DNA of 64,000 bases from Verrucomicrobiia bacterium (GCA_036272195.1 DATAZE010000035.1:72923-136922); one strand, 5' to 3'. Positions 10,317 through 19,257 are shown, counted from the stretch's first letter. Numbers and translations: made by a program. The notes: generated by a model not told the origin, from the letters alone.

Positions 10317-10700
10317 CGGCGGTCTGTGACCGCCGCCATTTTTATGGGACGGATTCATCGCCTGGAGCGATTATACGTCGATAATCCCGTATATTTTTTG
10401 ACTTTTTGTACGGTTGACCGAAAGAGAATTCTGGCGGATGAAGGTATCCACGATGAAGAGTTTGAAAAACTATTTATCAAAGGCGCTGAAGTTACGGCAA
10501 ATAGTAGCCCCGCATTGGCAGAAGGGTTTTTTTGACCATGTGCTGCGGTCGTCTGAATCGTATTCGGACAAATGGCTATACATGGTGGAAAATCCGGTTC
10601 GTGCTGGATTGGTGAAAGACTGGATTGATTGGCCGTATCAGGGCGAAATACACGCTCTTCGGTTTTAATGAAATTGGCGACGGTCACAGACCGCCGCTAC
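10313..10700 (+). mobile_element. Decayed REPtron-like unit: RAYT (IS200/Y1-like transposase) remnant flanked by inverted REP-like hairpins
   Basis: The left end gtagcggcggtctgtgaccgccgccatt (10313-10340) and the right end attggcgacggtcacagaccgccgctac (10673-10700) are reverse complements at 26 of 28 positions, with the outer 20 nt perfect. Each end is itself a hairpin (gcggcggtc-tgt-gaccgccgc). The left end overlaps the larB stop; the right end abuts the larC start. Confidence 0.75.
10344..10668 (+). pseudogene. REP-associated tyrosine transposase (RAYT) with internal deletion and frameshift
   Basis: The N-part (frame of ORF 10326..10535) reads GRIHRLERLYVDNPVYFLTFCTVDRKRILADEGIH. The C-part (frame of ORF 10414..10668) reads KSLKNYLSKALK...APHWQKGFFDHVLRSSESYSDKWLYMVENPVRAGLVKDWIDWPYQGEI. 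The segment that normally carries the HUH motif (..MPDHxHL..) is absent. The junction is near 10447-10456. Confidence 0.7.
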
Positions 10701-10709
10701 ATGACAGGA

Positions 10710-12047
10710 ATGAAAACTCTTTACCTCGATATCTTCAGCGGCATCAGCGGCGATATGTTTATCGGCGCGCTGATGGACCTTGGCGTGGATGCGCATCAGT
10801 TCGAACATGAACTGGAGAAATTGCCGGTCGAGGGATATCACTTGCACGTTTCGCGCCGCGAGAAATCCGGAATTGCGGGGGTGAAATTTGATGTTCACCT
10901 GGCGGATGAACATGGACATCAACCCGAACCTGCGCATTCACACCATCACCACGAGCATGGGCATTCGCATTCTCACGATGACGGCCACGCGCACTCTCAC
11001 GAGCACGAGCATCATCATGATGAAAACCGCACGTTCAGCGAAATCAAACGGTTGATTTCCCAAAGCACGCTTTCCGATTGGGTGAAGAAAAAATCCATTG
11101 CCGTTTTTCAGCGCATTGCGGATGCCGAAGGAAAAATTCACGGCAAACCGCCCGCGCAAGTACATTTTCATGAAGTGGGAGCGGTGGATTCGATTATCGA
11201 CATTGTGGGCGCGTGCATCGCTTTGGAGATCCTCGGTAAGCCGCGGGTGCTCGCCGCGCCGGTGGTGGAGGGCGTGGGCTGGGTTAATTGCGCGCATGGC
11301 CGATTTCCCATTCCCGCGCCGGCGACGCTTGCCATTTTGGGCGCGCGCGGAGTGGCTATCACCCAAACCGATGAACCTTGCGAACTCGTCACGCCAACGG
11401 GGGCCGCTTTACTCGCGGAGTTGGTCGAAAGCTTTGGGCCGATGCAGGGACTCGTGGCGGAAAAAATCGGTTTCGGGCTGGGAACGCGGGATAACAAGAC
11501 GCGGCCAAATGTTTTGCGGGCGGTGCTGGGAACGGAGTCTAAAGTTCATCCGCCTTCGCCCGGCTCCGGCGCGACAGGCAGTCCAAAGTCCAAAGGGGAA
11601 CTCGATTGGGAGACGGACACGATTGCGGTGCTCGAAACGAATCTGGATGACATCAGCGCAGAGATTCTGGGGAATTTTGTCGAACGAGCGTTGGCGGCCG
11701 GCGCGTTGGATGTTTTTCACACGCCGATCCAGATGAAGAAAAACCGGCCCGGTGTTTTGCTCACGGTTTTGTGCGCCGAAACGGAAGCTGACAAATTCAG
11801 CGAGATGATGTTGCGCGAGACCAGCGCTTTTGGCGTGCGCCGGCATGCGGCGGAGCGCCGCAAATTGCGCCGCGAGTTCGTGACGGTAAAAACGCCGTTC
11901 GGCGAAGTGACGGTGAAACTTGGAAAACTGGATGGAAAAATCGTGCAATCCGCGCCGGAATTTGAATCGTGCCGAAAGGTGGCAGAGCAGGCCGGGGTGC
12001 CGTTGAAACAGGTTTATGAAGCAGCAATAAAAATTCTTTCGAAGTGA
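10710..12047 (+). CDS. larC: LarC, nickel insertion (cyclometallase) protein, DUF111 family
   Basis: Begins [25 protein letters not shown], the canonical LarC N-terminus. The His-rich tract [40 protein letters not shown] has 18 His in 40 residues. An in-frame ATG at 10701 is an alternative start. The track extension to 10629 runs through the REP element. Confidence 0.85.
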   Translation: MKTLYLDIFSGISGDMFIGALMDLGVDAHQFEHELEKLPVEGYHLHVSRREKSGIAGVKFDVHLADEHGHQPEPAHSHHHHEHGHSHSHDDGHAHSHEHEHHHDENRTFSEIKRLISQSTLSDWVKKKSIAVFQRIADAEGKIHGKPPAQVHFHEVGAVDSIIDIVGACIALEILGKPRVLAAPVVEGVGWVNCAHGRFPIPAPATLAILGARGVAITQTDEPCELVTPTGAALLAELVESFGPMQGLVAEKIGFGLGTRDNKTRPNVLRAVLGTESKVHPPSPGSGATGSPKSKGELDWETDTIAVLETNLDDISAEILGNFVERALAAGALDVFHTPIQMKKNRPGVLLTVLCAETEADKFSEMMLRETSAFGVRRHAAERRKLRREFVTVKTPFGEVTVKLGKLDGKIVQSAPEFESCRKVAEQAGVPLKQVYEAAIKILSK

Positions 12048-13243
12048 AACAATCTTTTAATTCCATTGAATCCGTCATCGCCGATTTGCGGAAGGGCAAA
12101 ATGGTGATTGTGGTGGATGACGCAGACCGTGAAAACGAGGGTGACTTGATTATGGCGGCGGAATTCGTCACGCCCGCGGCGGTGAATTTCATGGCCAAGC
12201 ACGGTCGCGGGCTGATTTGCGTGCCCACGACCTCCGACCGGTTGCAGCAGCTTGGCATCGAGCGCATGGTCCGGCAGAACCGCGAGACGTTCAAAACGGA
12301 TTTCCAGATCAGCGTGGATGCCGCGCGAAATATTACCACGGGCATCAGCGCCGCGGACCGGGCGGAGACGATTCGCATCATGGCCGACCCGACGGCAATT
12401 CCGGAGGACTTGGTGCAGCCTGGCCACGTTTTTCCTTTGCGCGCGCGTCCGGGTGGTGTGTTGCAGCGCGCCGGTCACACGGAGGCCGCGGTTGACCTGG
12501 TGAAGCTTGCCGATTGCCGGCCGATCACCGTGATTTGCGAAATCATGAGCGACGACGGCTCGATGGCGCGCTTGCCCGAGCTGATGAAGTTTGCAAAAAA
12601 GCATCGGCTGAAAATTTGCACGATTGCGGATCTCATCGAGCATCGGCGCACGGGGGAAAAACTTGTTGAACAAATCGAGGTGGTCAAGATGCCGACCGAT
12701 TACGGGGATTTTGATTTGCATTTGTATCGCTCAAAAATCGACGGGCAGCATCACCTGGCGCTGGTGCGCGGCGATGTGGCCGGGAAAAAAAATGTGCTGG
12801 TGCGCGTGCACAGCGAATGTCTCACGGGCGACGTGTTTGGCTCGCGCCGCTGCGATTGCGGCCCGCAATTACACCAGGCCATGCGGCAGATTTCCGATGC
12901 GGGCGCGGGTGTGCTGGTTTACATGCGGCAGGAGGGCCGGGGTATTGGCCTCGCGCCGAAAATCAAGGCCTATAAATTGCAGGAGCAGGGCTATGATACG
13001 GTTGAAGCCAACAAAAAACTCGGTTTCGACATGGACCTGCGCGAGTACGGCCTGGGCGCGCAAATCCTGGCGGACCTCGGCTTAAAAACGATCCGCTTGC
13101 TTACGAACAATCCCAAAAAGGTCGTGGGACTGGAAGGCTACGGCCTGAAAATTACCGAGCAGGTGCCGATCCGTGTGAAGCCGAATGCGCACAACGAACG
13201 GTATTTGAAAACCAAGCGGGAGAAGATGGGACATCTTTTGTAA
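12044..13243 (+). CDS. ribBA: Bifunctional 3,4-dihydroxy-2-butanone-4-phosphate synthase / GTP cyclohydrolase II
   Basis: 399 aa. RibB half: [21 protein letters not shown]. RibA half: [36 protein letters not shown] overlap with the larC stop. Confidence 0.95.
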   Translation: MKQSFNSIESVIADLRKGKMVIVVDDADRENEGDLIMAAEFVTPAAVNFMAKHGRGLICVPTTSDRLQQLGIERMVRQNRETFKTDFQISVDAARNITTGISAADRAETIRIMADPTAIPEDLVQPGHVFPLRARPGGVLQRAGHTEAAVDLVKLADCRPITVICEIMSDDGSMARLPELMKFAKKHRLKICTIADLIEHRRTGEKLVEQIEVVKMPTDYGDFDLHLYRSKIDGQHHLALVRGDVAGKKNVLVRVHSECLTGDVFGSRRCDCGPQLHQAMRQISDAGAGVLVYMRQEGRGIGLAPKIKAYKLQEQGYDTVEANKKLGFDMDLREYGLGAQILADLGLKTIRLLTNNPKKVVGLEGYGLKITEQVPIRVKPNAHNERYLKTKREKMGHLL

Positions 13244-13321
13244 TTTACGATCGTGCCATTGCCTGAAGCATTGGAAAAACGGCTCGCATTCCGCAAGATA
13301 AGTCAGTAACCTAGCAACGCT

Positions 13322-13591
13322 ATGGAAATTGATTACACCGTGCAAATTTGGCGCGAGGGTGGGCAATTTATCGCTCACGCGATGCCCTTGGATGTTGCAA
13401 GCTCGGGCGAATCGCCGCAAGCCGCGCGCGTTGCATTGGATGAGGCGGTAAAATTGTTCATAAAGGCCGCTGACCAACACGGCACTTTAAGTGAAGTTTT
13501 GGAGGATGCTGGCTACAAACACGACGGCTCTCGCTGGCGAAGTCCCGATTGGGTTGGTTTTGAACTGCATTCCACCCCCATCGCGGCTTGA
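13322..13591 (+). CDS. hicB: HicB-family antitoxin (UPF0150-type, no obvious DNA-binding extension)
   Basis: 89 aa. YTVQIWREGGQFIAHAMPLDVASSGESPQAARVALDEAVKLFI matches the HicB N-terminal fold pattern. It lies directly upstream of a HicA-like reading frame. Confidence 0.7.
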   Translation: MEIDYTVQIWREGGQFIAHAMPLDVASSGESPQAARVALDEAVKLFIKAADQHGTLSEVLEDAGYKHDGSRWRSPDWVGFELHSTPIAA

Positions 13592-13597
13592 GCAGCC

Positions 13598-13833
13598 ATG
13601 CCAAAATTTGCGCCAGTTGATTGGCGGACACTCGAAAAGATTTTTCTGGCCACTGGCTTTCGCTTTGACCGGCAGGAAGGCAGCCATCGTTCCTATGTGA
13701 AGACGGGAGTTGCGTGTCCAGTGGTGATTCCGACGTATCGTGAAGTGTGCCTGTTTTTGTAATTCGTAATAATTTGAAGACTGCCAGTCTTTCCCGCGAT
13801 GATTATTTTCGGTTGCTTGATGAGTGCCGCTGA
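13598..13833 (+). pseudogene. hicA: HicA-family mRNA interferase toxin, frameshifted (not in ORF track; both pieces are under 60 aa)
   Basis: Frame 1 (13598-13762) reads MPKFAPVDWRTLEKIFLATGFRFDRQEGSHRSYVKTGVACPVVIPTYREVCLFL*. The expected continuation PVFVIRNNLKTASLSRDDYFRLLDECR* is read from 13750 to 13833 in another frame. Two extra bases (tg, 13748-13749; net +2/-1) separate the frames. Confidence 0.7.
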
Positions 13834-13842
13834 ATTCAAACC

Positions 13843-14304
13843 ATGCTGAAGGCTGTAAAAAATCGGAAGGCATCAAAGACGACGGGCTCGTTTGCCGTCG
13901 TGGCCTCGCGTTACAACGCTGAATACGTGGATTCCATGTTGCGCGCGGCGCGGGTGGAGTTGGAGACTGCGGGGGCGCACGTGCGGATTGTGCGTGTGCC
14001 AGGGGCGTTTGAGATTCCGGCGGTGGCGGCGAAACTCGCGGCTTCGGGGCGTTATTCGGCCGTTATTTGCCTTGGCGTTATTTTTCAGGGGGAGACGAGT
14101 CATGCCCAGCATATTGGATGGGGTGTGACGCACGCTTTGGCGCAAATTCAGGTGCAGCACAAGGTGTCGGTCATTCATGGCGTGTTTGTTTTTGAAAAAG
14201 TGAAACACGCGAAAGTGCGTTGCCTGGGCGCGAAGCATAATCGCGGCACTGAGGCGGCGCAGACCGCGCTGCAGATGGCGCGAGTGATGGCGGCGATCAA
14301 GTAG
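13843..14304 (+). CDS. ribH: 6,7-dimethyl-8-ribityllumazine synthase
   Basis: 153 aa. FAVVASRYNAEYVDSMLRAA...VRVPGAFEIPAVAAKLA...YSAVICLGVIFQGETSH. Confidence 0.9.
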   Translation: MLKAVKNRKASKTTGSFAVVASRYNAEYVDSMLRAARVELETAGAHVRIVRVPGAFEIPAVAAKLAASGRYSAVICLGVIFQGETSHAQHIGWGVTHALAQIQVQHKVSVIHGVFVFEKVKHAKVRCLGAKHNRGTEAAQTALQMARVMAAIK

Positions 14305-14427
14305 GTGGAATTTCCATATTAGCCAATATCACGCCAAGAATCAGCGGGTGTGAAAAGATTGGGTGCAGTCTTGCGGTGGGAAATTCCGGGTGATAGCTTC
14401 CTTCCCGATTCTATCGAACTAAAATCT

Positions 14428-15159
14428 ATGAAATTGTCTTTTGCTCTCCTCACTGCAATCGGAGTCGCCGGGCTGGCGCAATGGGCGTCCGCGGCAGACA
14501 TTACCGGCACGGTCACGCTTAATGGCACGCCGCCGCCGGAACGCGAAATCACTCCGCTCAATAACGACCCCGTTTGCGGCAAGCTGAATTCCGGCAAGGT
14601 CAGCACCAGGTTTTTTGAGGTCGGCGCGAACAAAGGATTGGGCGATGTCATCGTGATGCTGAAAGGCGTGCCGGGCAAGGCAGATGCTTCGGCCGCCCCG
14701 GTGGTCGTGGACCAGAAAGGCTGTCTTTATACGCCGCAAATCCTCGCGGTGCAGACCGGCCAGAAGCTCATCGTGAAGAATTCGGACCCGACCTCTGTGC
14801 CCATGCACAATGTGCATATTAACCCGATGGCTGCGCCCAACATGGAGGCTTATTCCACCAAAATCAGCCAGCCCCAAATGTCCGGCGCGGCCGATTTGAC
14901 CTATAGTTTCTCCGCACCGGAAAATTTCATGAAGTTCCAATGCGACGTGCATCCGTGGATGTTCGCGTGGGTGACGGTCGTGGATAACCCGTATTTCGCC
15001 GTGACGGACAAAGACGGAAAATTCACCATCAAAAACGTGCCGGCGGGTCATTATAAAATCGCCGCGCTCCATCGTAAAGCCGCGCCGACGGGCGTGGAAA
15101 AGGAAGTTGATGTGAAAGACAGCGGCGCAAGCGTGGATTTCACCCTCGAAGTTAAATAA
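14428..15159 (+). CDS. Secreted amicyanin-like cupredoxin fused to carboxypeptidase-regulatory-like beta-sandwich modules
   Basis: Signal peptide MKLSFALLTAIGVAGLAQWASA. Candidate type-1 copper ligands are the PMHNVH histidine plus CDVHPWM (C-x2-H-x2-M, as in amicyanin CTPHPFM). C-terminal DKDGKFTIKNVPAGHYKI. The track start at 14350 is a longer alternative. Confidence 0.55.
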   Translation: MKLSFALLTAIGVAGLAQWASAADITGTVTLNGTPPPEREITPLNNDPVCGKLNSGKVSTRFFEVGANKGLGDVIVMLKGVPGKADASAAPVVVDQKGCLYTPQILAVQTGQKLIVKNSDPTSVPMHNVHINPMAAPNMEAYSTKISQPQMSGAADLTYSFSAPENFMKFQCDVHPWMFAWVTVVDNPYFAVTDKDGKFTIKNVPAGHYKIAALHRKAAPTGVEKEVDVKDSGASVDFTLEVK

Positions 15160-15170
15160 TTTTTGCTCTG

Positions 15171-15209
15171 AAACCGCTGCGGGTGTTCACTCGCAGCGGT
15201 TTGTTTTTT
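15171..15209 (+). terminator. Rho-independent terminator after the cupredoxin gene
   Basis: aaaccgctgcg (15171-15181) and cgcagcggttt (15192-15202) form a perfect 11-bp stem around a 10-nt loop, followed by gtttttt. Confidence 0.8.
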
Positions 15210-15225
15210 GTCCCTTTGTTTTTAC

Positions 15226-16338
15226 ATGAATGAACTGCCGAACAATCGCTGGTTGCATCGTTTCGCCGTCCTTACGGCGCTGGCGACGCTGGCGTTGATC
15301 GGCATCGGCGGGTTGGTGACGAGCCACGAGGCGGGGATGTCGGTGCCGGATTGGCCGACGAGTTACGGTTACAATATGTTTTTCTTTCCGCTGAGCAAAT
15401 GGTGGCACGGCGGGAATATTTTTTACGAGCATTCCCATCGGTTGTTTGCTTCCGGGGTCGGATTCCTGACGGTCATCCTGATGGTCTGGTTGTGGATTTC
15501 CGAACCGCGCAAATGGCTGCGCTGGGTGGGCGTGGCGGCGTTCCTGGCGGTGGTGTTGCAAGGCGTGCTGGGCGGTTTGCGCGTGATTTTGTTCAAGGAC
15601 CAGATTGGAATTTTTCACGCCACGCTGGCGCAATTGTTCTTCGTCCTGACCTGCGCGATTGCGTTATTCACCAGCAAATGGTGGGCGCGGATGGCGAGCG
15701 CGCAAGAGGCAGCGGGCAACATGGAACTTGCGCCCTCAAACTTCCGGAAATTTTTTCTCGGCACCACCATCCTGATTCTGCTCCAGCTTATTTTGGGCGC
15801 AACCATGCGGCATCAGCACGCGGGATTGTCCATTCGCGATTTTCCGCTGGCTTATGGAAAGCTTTGGCCGGCCACGGACGCGGCCTCGGTGGCGCATTAC
15901 AACGAGCAGCGAGTCGAAATAACCAATTTCAACCCGATCACCGCCTTCCAGATTGAACTGCAAATGGTGCATCGCATTATCGCGATGCTGATCCTGTGCG
16001 CCGTGGCATTTTGCGCGTGGCAGGCGTGGCGCAAATTTTCAATTCGCAATCCCATGGCGAAGCTCGCGGTGTTTTGGCTGGGATTGATTCTTAGCCAGGT
16101 GGTCCTGGGCGCGGCGACGATTTTGTCGGACAAAGCGGCGGACATTGCCACGGGCCATGTGCTGGTCGGCGCACTTTCGCTGGCCACGGGCGCGGTGTTA
16201 AGTATAATCGCGTTTCAATTTCCGCAGCGTGCCGCCGGCATTTCGCCGGCAAAAGTGATTTCAGAGGCGCAGCCAGCGGCCAATTTGAAGCAGGTGATGG
16301 AAGCCGGGTCCGCCGGCAAGATGCCGACGGCACGTTAA
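15226..16338 (+). CDS. ctaA: Heme A synthase (COX15/CtaA family)
   Basis: MNELPNNRWLHRFAVLTALATLALIGIGGLVTSHEAGMSVPDWPTSYGYNMF. Eight TM segments with conserved His. The ATG at 15226 is preferred over the track start at 15208, which lies inside the terminator T-run. Confidence 0.85.
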   Translation: MNELPNNRWLHRFAVLTALATLALIGIGGLVTSHEAGMSVPDWPTSYGYNMFFFPLSKWWHGGNIFYEHSHRLFASGVGFLTVILMVWLWISEPRKWLRWVGVAAFLAVVLQGVLGGLRVILFKDQIGIFHATLAQLFFVLTCAIALFTSKWWARMASAQEAAGNMELAPSNFRKFFLGTTILILLQLILGATMRHQHAGLSIRDFPLAYGKLWPATDAASVAHYNEQRVEITNFNPITAFQIELQMVHRIIAMLILCAVAFCAWQAWRKFSIRNPMAKLAVFWLGLILSQVVLGAATILSDKAADIATGHVLVGALSLATGAVLSIIAFQFPQRAAGISPAKVISEAQPAANLKQVMEAGSAGKMPTAR

Positions 16339-16341
16339 TAC

Positions 16342-17247
16342 ATGAAAGAAGCAATCGCACAATCGGTAAACGAAGCAGTCGTGGCTGAAAAAGGCTGGAT
16401 GTCCGTCTATGCCGATTTGACCAAGGCCCGGCTCACGTTTCTGGTGGTGCTGACGACGCTGGTTGGCTTTTATCTCGGCTCGCCCAGTCCGGTCAATTAC
16501 CTGTTGATGCTTCACGCGGTGCTCGGCACTGCAATGGTCGCCAGCGGCGCCGCAGCCTTGAATCAGCTTTTGGAACGCGAACACGACGCAAAAATGCGCC
16601 GCACCAAAAATCGTCCGTTGCCCTCCGGCCGATTGCAGCCGGCGACGGTCATGGTGTTTGGCGGCGTGTGCGCCTGCGCGGGGCTGCTTTACCTCGCGTT
16701 GGCCGTGAATCTGACCACGAGTGTCATCGGCGCGATCTCGCTTTTAAGTTATCTTTTCATTTATACGCCGCTTAAACGTTTAACCTGGTTGAATACCGCC
16801 GTTGGCGCGGTGCCGGGCGCATTGCCGCCGCTGATGGGGTGGACGGCGGCCCGTGGTGAGTTGAGTCGTGAAGGCTGGGCGTTGTTCGCGATCCTGGCCT
16901 TCTGGCAATTGCCGCATTTTCTCGCCATCGCCTGGATGTATCGTGAAGAATACGCGAAAGCCGGTTTCAAGATGCTGCCGGTGATTGATCCGCAAGGGCA
17001 TCGCACCGGCCGTCAGGCAGTGAGCCACACGCTGGGATTGCTCCCGGTCAGTTTGTGCCCGTTTTTGTTTCACGTCACCGGCCCGGTGTATCTGGTGGGC
17101 GCGGTGGTGCTGGGGTTGGTGTTCCTTTGGTTTGCCATCCAGTTTGCGCGGCACATGACGATTCCGCGCGCGCGACAGCTTTTTTTCGTTTCCATTTTGT
17201 ATCTGCCGTTGCTGTTGGTGATGATGGTGTTGGATAAGGTTAAATGA
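16342..17247 (+). CDS. ctaB: Protoheme IX farnesyltransferase (heme O synthase)
   Basis: 301 aa UbiA-family protein. NQLLEREHDAKMRRTKNRPLPSGRL and WQLPHFLAIAWMYREEY. Confidence 0.9.
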   Translation: MKEAIAQSVNEAVVAEKGWMSVYADLTKARLTFLVVLTTLVGFYLGSPSPVNYLLMLHAVLGTAMVASGAAALNQLLEREHDAKMRRTKNRPLPSGRLQPATVMVFGGVCACAGLLYLALAVNLTTSVIGAISLLSYLFIYTPLKRLTWLNTAVGAVPGALPPLMGWTAARGELSREGWALFAILAFWQLPHFLAIAWMYREEYAKAGFKMLPVIDPQGHRTGRQAVSHTLGLLPVSLCPFLFHVTGPVYLVGAVVLGLVFLWFAIQFARHMTIPRARQLFFVSILYLPLLLVMMVLDKVK

Positions 17248-17254
17248 GTGATCG

Positions 17255-17304
17255 GTTAAATCAGTTAAATGAGATGAGCATTCGCCTCGTTTAACTGATT
17301 TAAC
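17255..17304. promoter_or_regulatory. Perfect 15-bp inverted repeat between ctaB and ctaD (operator, attenuator or AT-rich terminator)
   Basis: gttaaatcagttaaa (17255-17269) and tttaactgatttaac (17290-17304) are exact reverse complements separated by 20 nt. Further GTTAAAT/ATTTAAC copies lie at 17239, 17264 and about 17314. Confidence 0.45.
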
Positions 17305-17429
17305 AATTTTACTTATTTAACGAACCAAAACCGACTCCGCCGTTGACACGCGTGGTTGAGTAAAGTTCACTAACACTCGTTTGGCATCGGCTGGTCAAAA
17401 GATGTTGAGCTAATAACAGTTGAAAAAAC

Positions 17430-19247
17430 ATGCAGGCGACACACGCAGTTCCACATACCGGAATCCACGAAGAGCATCATGGGGATGCAGGCTTCTGGCG
17501 CACTTACGTCTTTTCCACTGACCACAAGGTCATCGGCATCCAATACGGCGTGACCGCGCTGGCCTTCCTGTTCTTTGGGTTCACGCTCATGCTGATGATG
17601 CGCTGGCAAATCGCGCATCCCTCCGTGCCGGTTCCGCTGGTCGGGCCGCTGCTGGAAAAATTGCTGGGCAGCGTCGCGAGCCAGGGAAAAATTTCCCCGG
17701 ACCTCTATAATTCCTTTGGCGCCATGCACGGCACCATCATGGTGTTTTTGGCGATTGTGCCGCTGGCTTTCGCGGCGTTCGGAAATTATGTAGTCCCGCT
17801 GATGATTGGCGCGCCGGACATGTGCTTTCCGCGCGTGAACATGGCCAGCTATCAGTCCTATGTCATCGGCGGCATCATCATGATGGTGAGCTTTTTCATC
17901 CCCGGCGGCGCGGCGCAGGCCGGTTGGACCTCCTATTCGCCGCTGGCAACGTCGATTGCCACGAACGGCCAAACCTTCTGGCTCGTCGGCATGATTTTCT
18001 TGATCACTTCGTCGTTGCTGGGCGCGGTGAATTTTATCGCCACCATCATCCAGCTTCGCGCGCCGGGAATGACCTGGATGCGGATGCCGTTTTTTGTGTG
18101 GTCTCAATTCGTGACGGCGTTTCTGCTACTGCTGGCGTTTCCGCCGCTGGAAGCCGCGGGCGTCATGCAATTGATGGACAAAGTCGCGCACACCAGTTTC
18201 TTCCTGCCCACCGGCCTCGCGGTCGGCACGCTGGGCCACATCAGTGGCGGCGGCAGCCCGTTGTTGTGGCAGCATCTGTTCTGGTTCCTCGGGCATCCGG
18301 AAGTTTACGTGCTTATTCTTCCCGCGATGGGAATTGTCGCGGAAGTGATCGCGAACAACACGCGCAAGCCGATTTGGGGCTACAAATCGCTCGTGTATTC
18401 AGCGCTGACGATCGGTTTTCTCTCGTTCATCGTTTGGGCGCATCACATGTATCTCACGGGCATGGGAATTCGCGTGGCGACCTTTTTCCAGACCACGACG
18501 ATGATCATCTCGATTCCGTCGGTCATCATCCTGACCTGTATGTTCCTGTCGTTGTGGGGCGGTTCGATCCGCTTCAACACACCCATGCTGTTCGTGATGG
18601 CGTTCCTGCCGATGTTCGGCATTGGCGGACTCACCGGTTTGCCGCTGGGCTTCAACTTCAGCGATTTGCACCTGCATGACACTTATTACGTCATCGCGCA
18701 CTTCCATTACATTGTCGCGCCGGGCACGATTTTCGCGCTGTTCGCCGGTGTTTATTATTGGTACCCCAAAATGACCGGCCGCATGATGAACGAATTCTGG
18801 GGCCGCGTGCATTTCTGGCTGTCGTTGATTTGCATGAACCTGATTTTCCAGCCGATGTTTGCGCAGGGCATGGCGGGAATGATCCGGCGCATGTCGGACG
18901 GCGGCGCAAATTATACCGCGGCGCACAACAGTGCGACGGGCGCGGAGGTCATTGGCGGGTTGAGCGACGGCCTGATACGCTTGCACGTGTTCATCCTGTG
19001 GGCGGCGGTTTGCCTGGGGATCGCGCAGATTCCTTTCATCATCAATTTCTTCTGGAGCATCAAGCACGGCAAGCCGGCCGGTTCGGATAATCCGTGGCAG
19101 GCCACTACTCTGGAGTGGCAAACGCCCACGCCACCGCCGCACGGAAATTTTGCCAAGGCGCCGATCGTTTATCGCGGCCCTTATGAATACAGCGTGCCCG
19201 GTCACACGGCCGACTTCACGCCGCAAAACGAACCGGATAAAGCTTAA
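17430..19247 (+). CDS. ctaD: Cytochrome c oxidase subunit I (heme-copper oxidase, A-type)
   Basis: 605 aa with canonical motifs: WFLGHPEVYVLILPAMG, VWAHHMY, HDTYYVIAHFHY. Confidence 0.95.
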   Translation: MQATHAVPHTGIHEEHHGDAGFWRTYVFSTDHKVIGIQYGVTALAFLFFGFTLMLMMRWQIAHPSVPVPLVGPLLEKLLGSVASQGKISPDLYNSFGAMHGTIMVFLAIVPLAFAAFGNYVVPLMIGAPDMCFPRVNMASYQSYVIGGIIMMVSFFIPGGAAQAGWTSYSPLATSIATNGQTFWLVGMIFLITSSLLGAVNFIATIIQLRAPGMTWMRMPFFVWSQFVTAFLLLLAFPPLEAAGVMQLMDKVAHTSFFLPTGLAVGTLGHISGGGSPLLWQHLFWFLGHPEVYVLILPAMGIVAEVIANNTRKPIWGYKSLVYSALTIGFLSFIVWAHHMYLTGMGIRVATFFQTTTMIISIPSVIILTCMFLSLWGGSIRFNTPMLFVMAFLPMFGIGGLTGLPLGFNFSDLHLHDTYYVIAHFHYIVAPGTIFALFAGVYYWYPKMTGRMMNEFWGRVHFWLSLICMNLIFQPMFAQGMAGMIRRMSDGGANYTAAHNSATGAEVIGGLSDGLIRLHVFILWAAVCLGIAQIPFIINFFWSIKHGKPAGSDNPWQATTLEWQTPTPPPHGNFAKAPIVYRGPYEYSVPGHTADFTPQNEPDKA

Positions 19248-19257
19248 TTTAATCATC

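Noticed and set aside
10629-10709. N-terminal extension of larC proposed by the ORF track (MAVSGRNTRSSVLMKLATVTDRRYMTG...).
   Set aside because: The extension is translated from the right-hand REP hairpin and the RAYT remnant. Canonical LarC starts at MKTLYLD (10710).
19150-19257. Upstream extensions of ctaE (19150), DUF420 (22209), ctaA (15208), the cupredoxin (14350), the GH16-like gene (38778) and the FAD oxidoreductase (to 43667) given in the ORF track.
   Set aside because: The extensions overlap preceding genes, terminators or repeat elements and translate to non-homologous Arg-rich sequence. Internal ATG/GTG starts coincide with the canonical N-termini or signal peptides.
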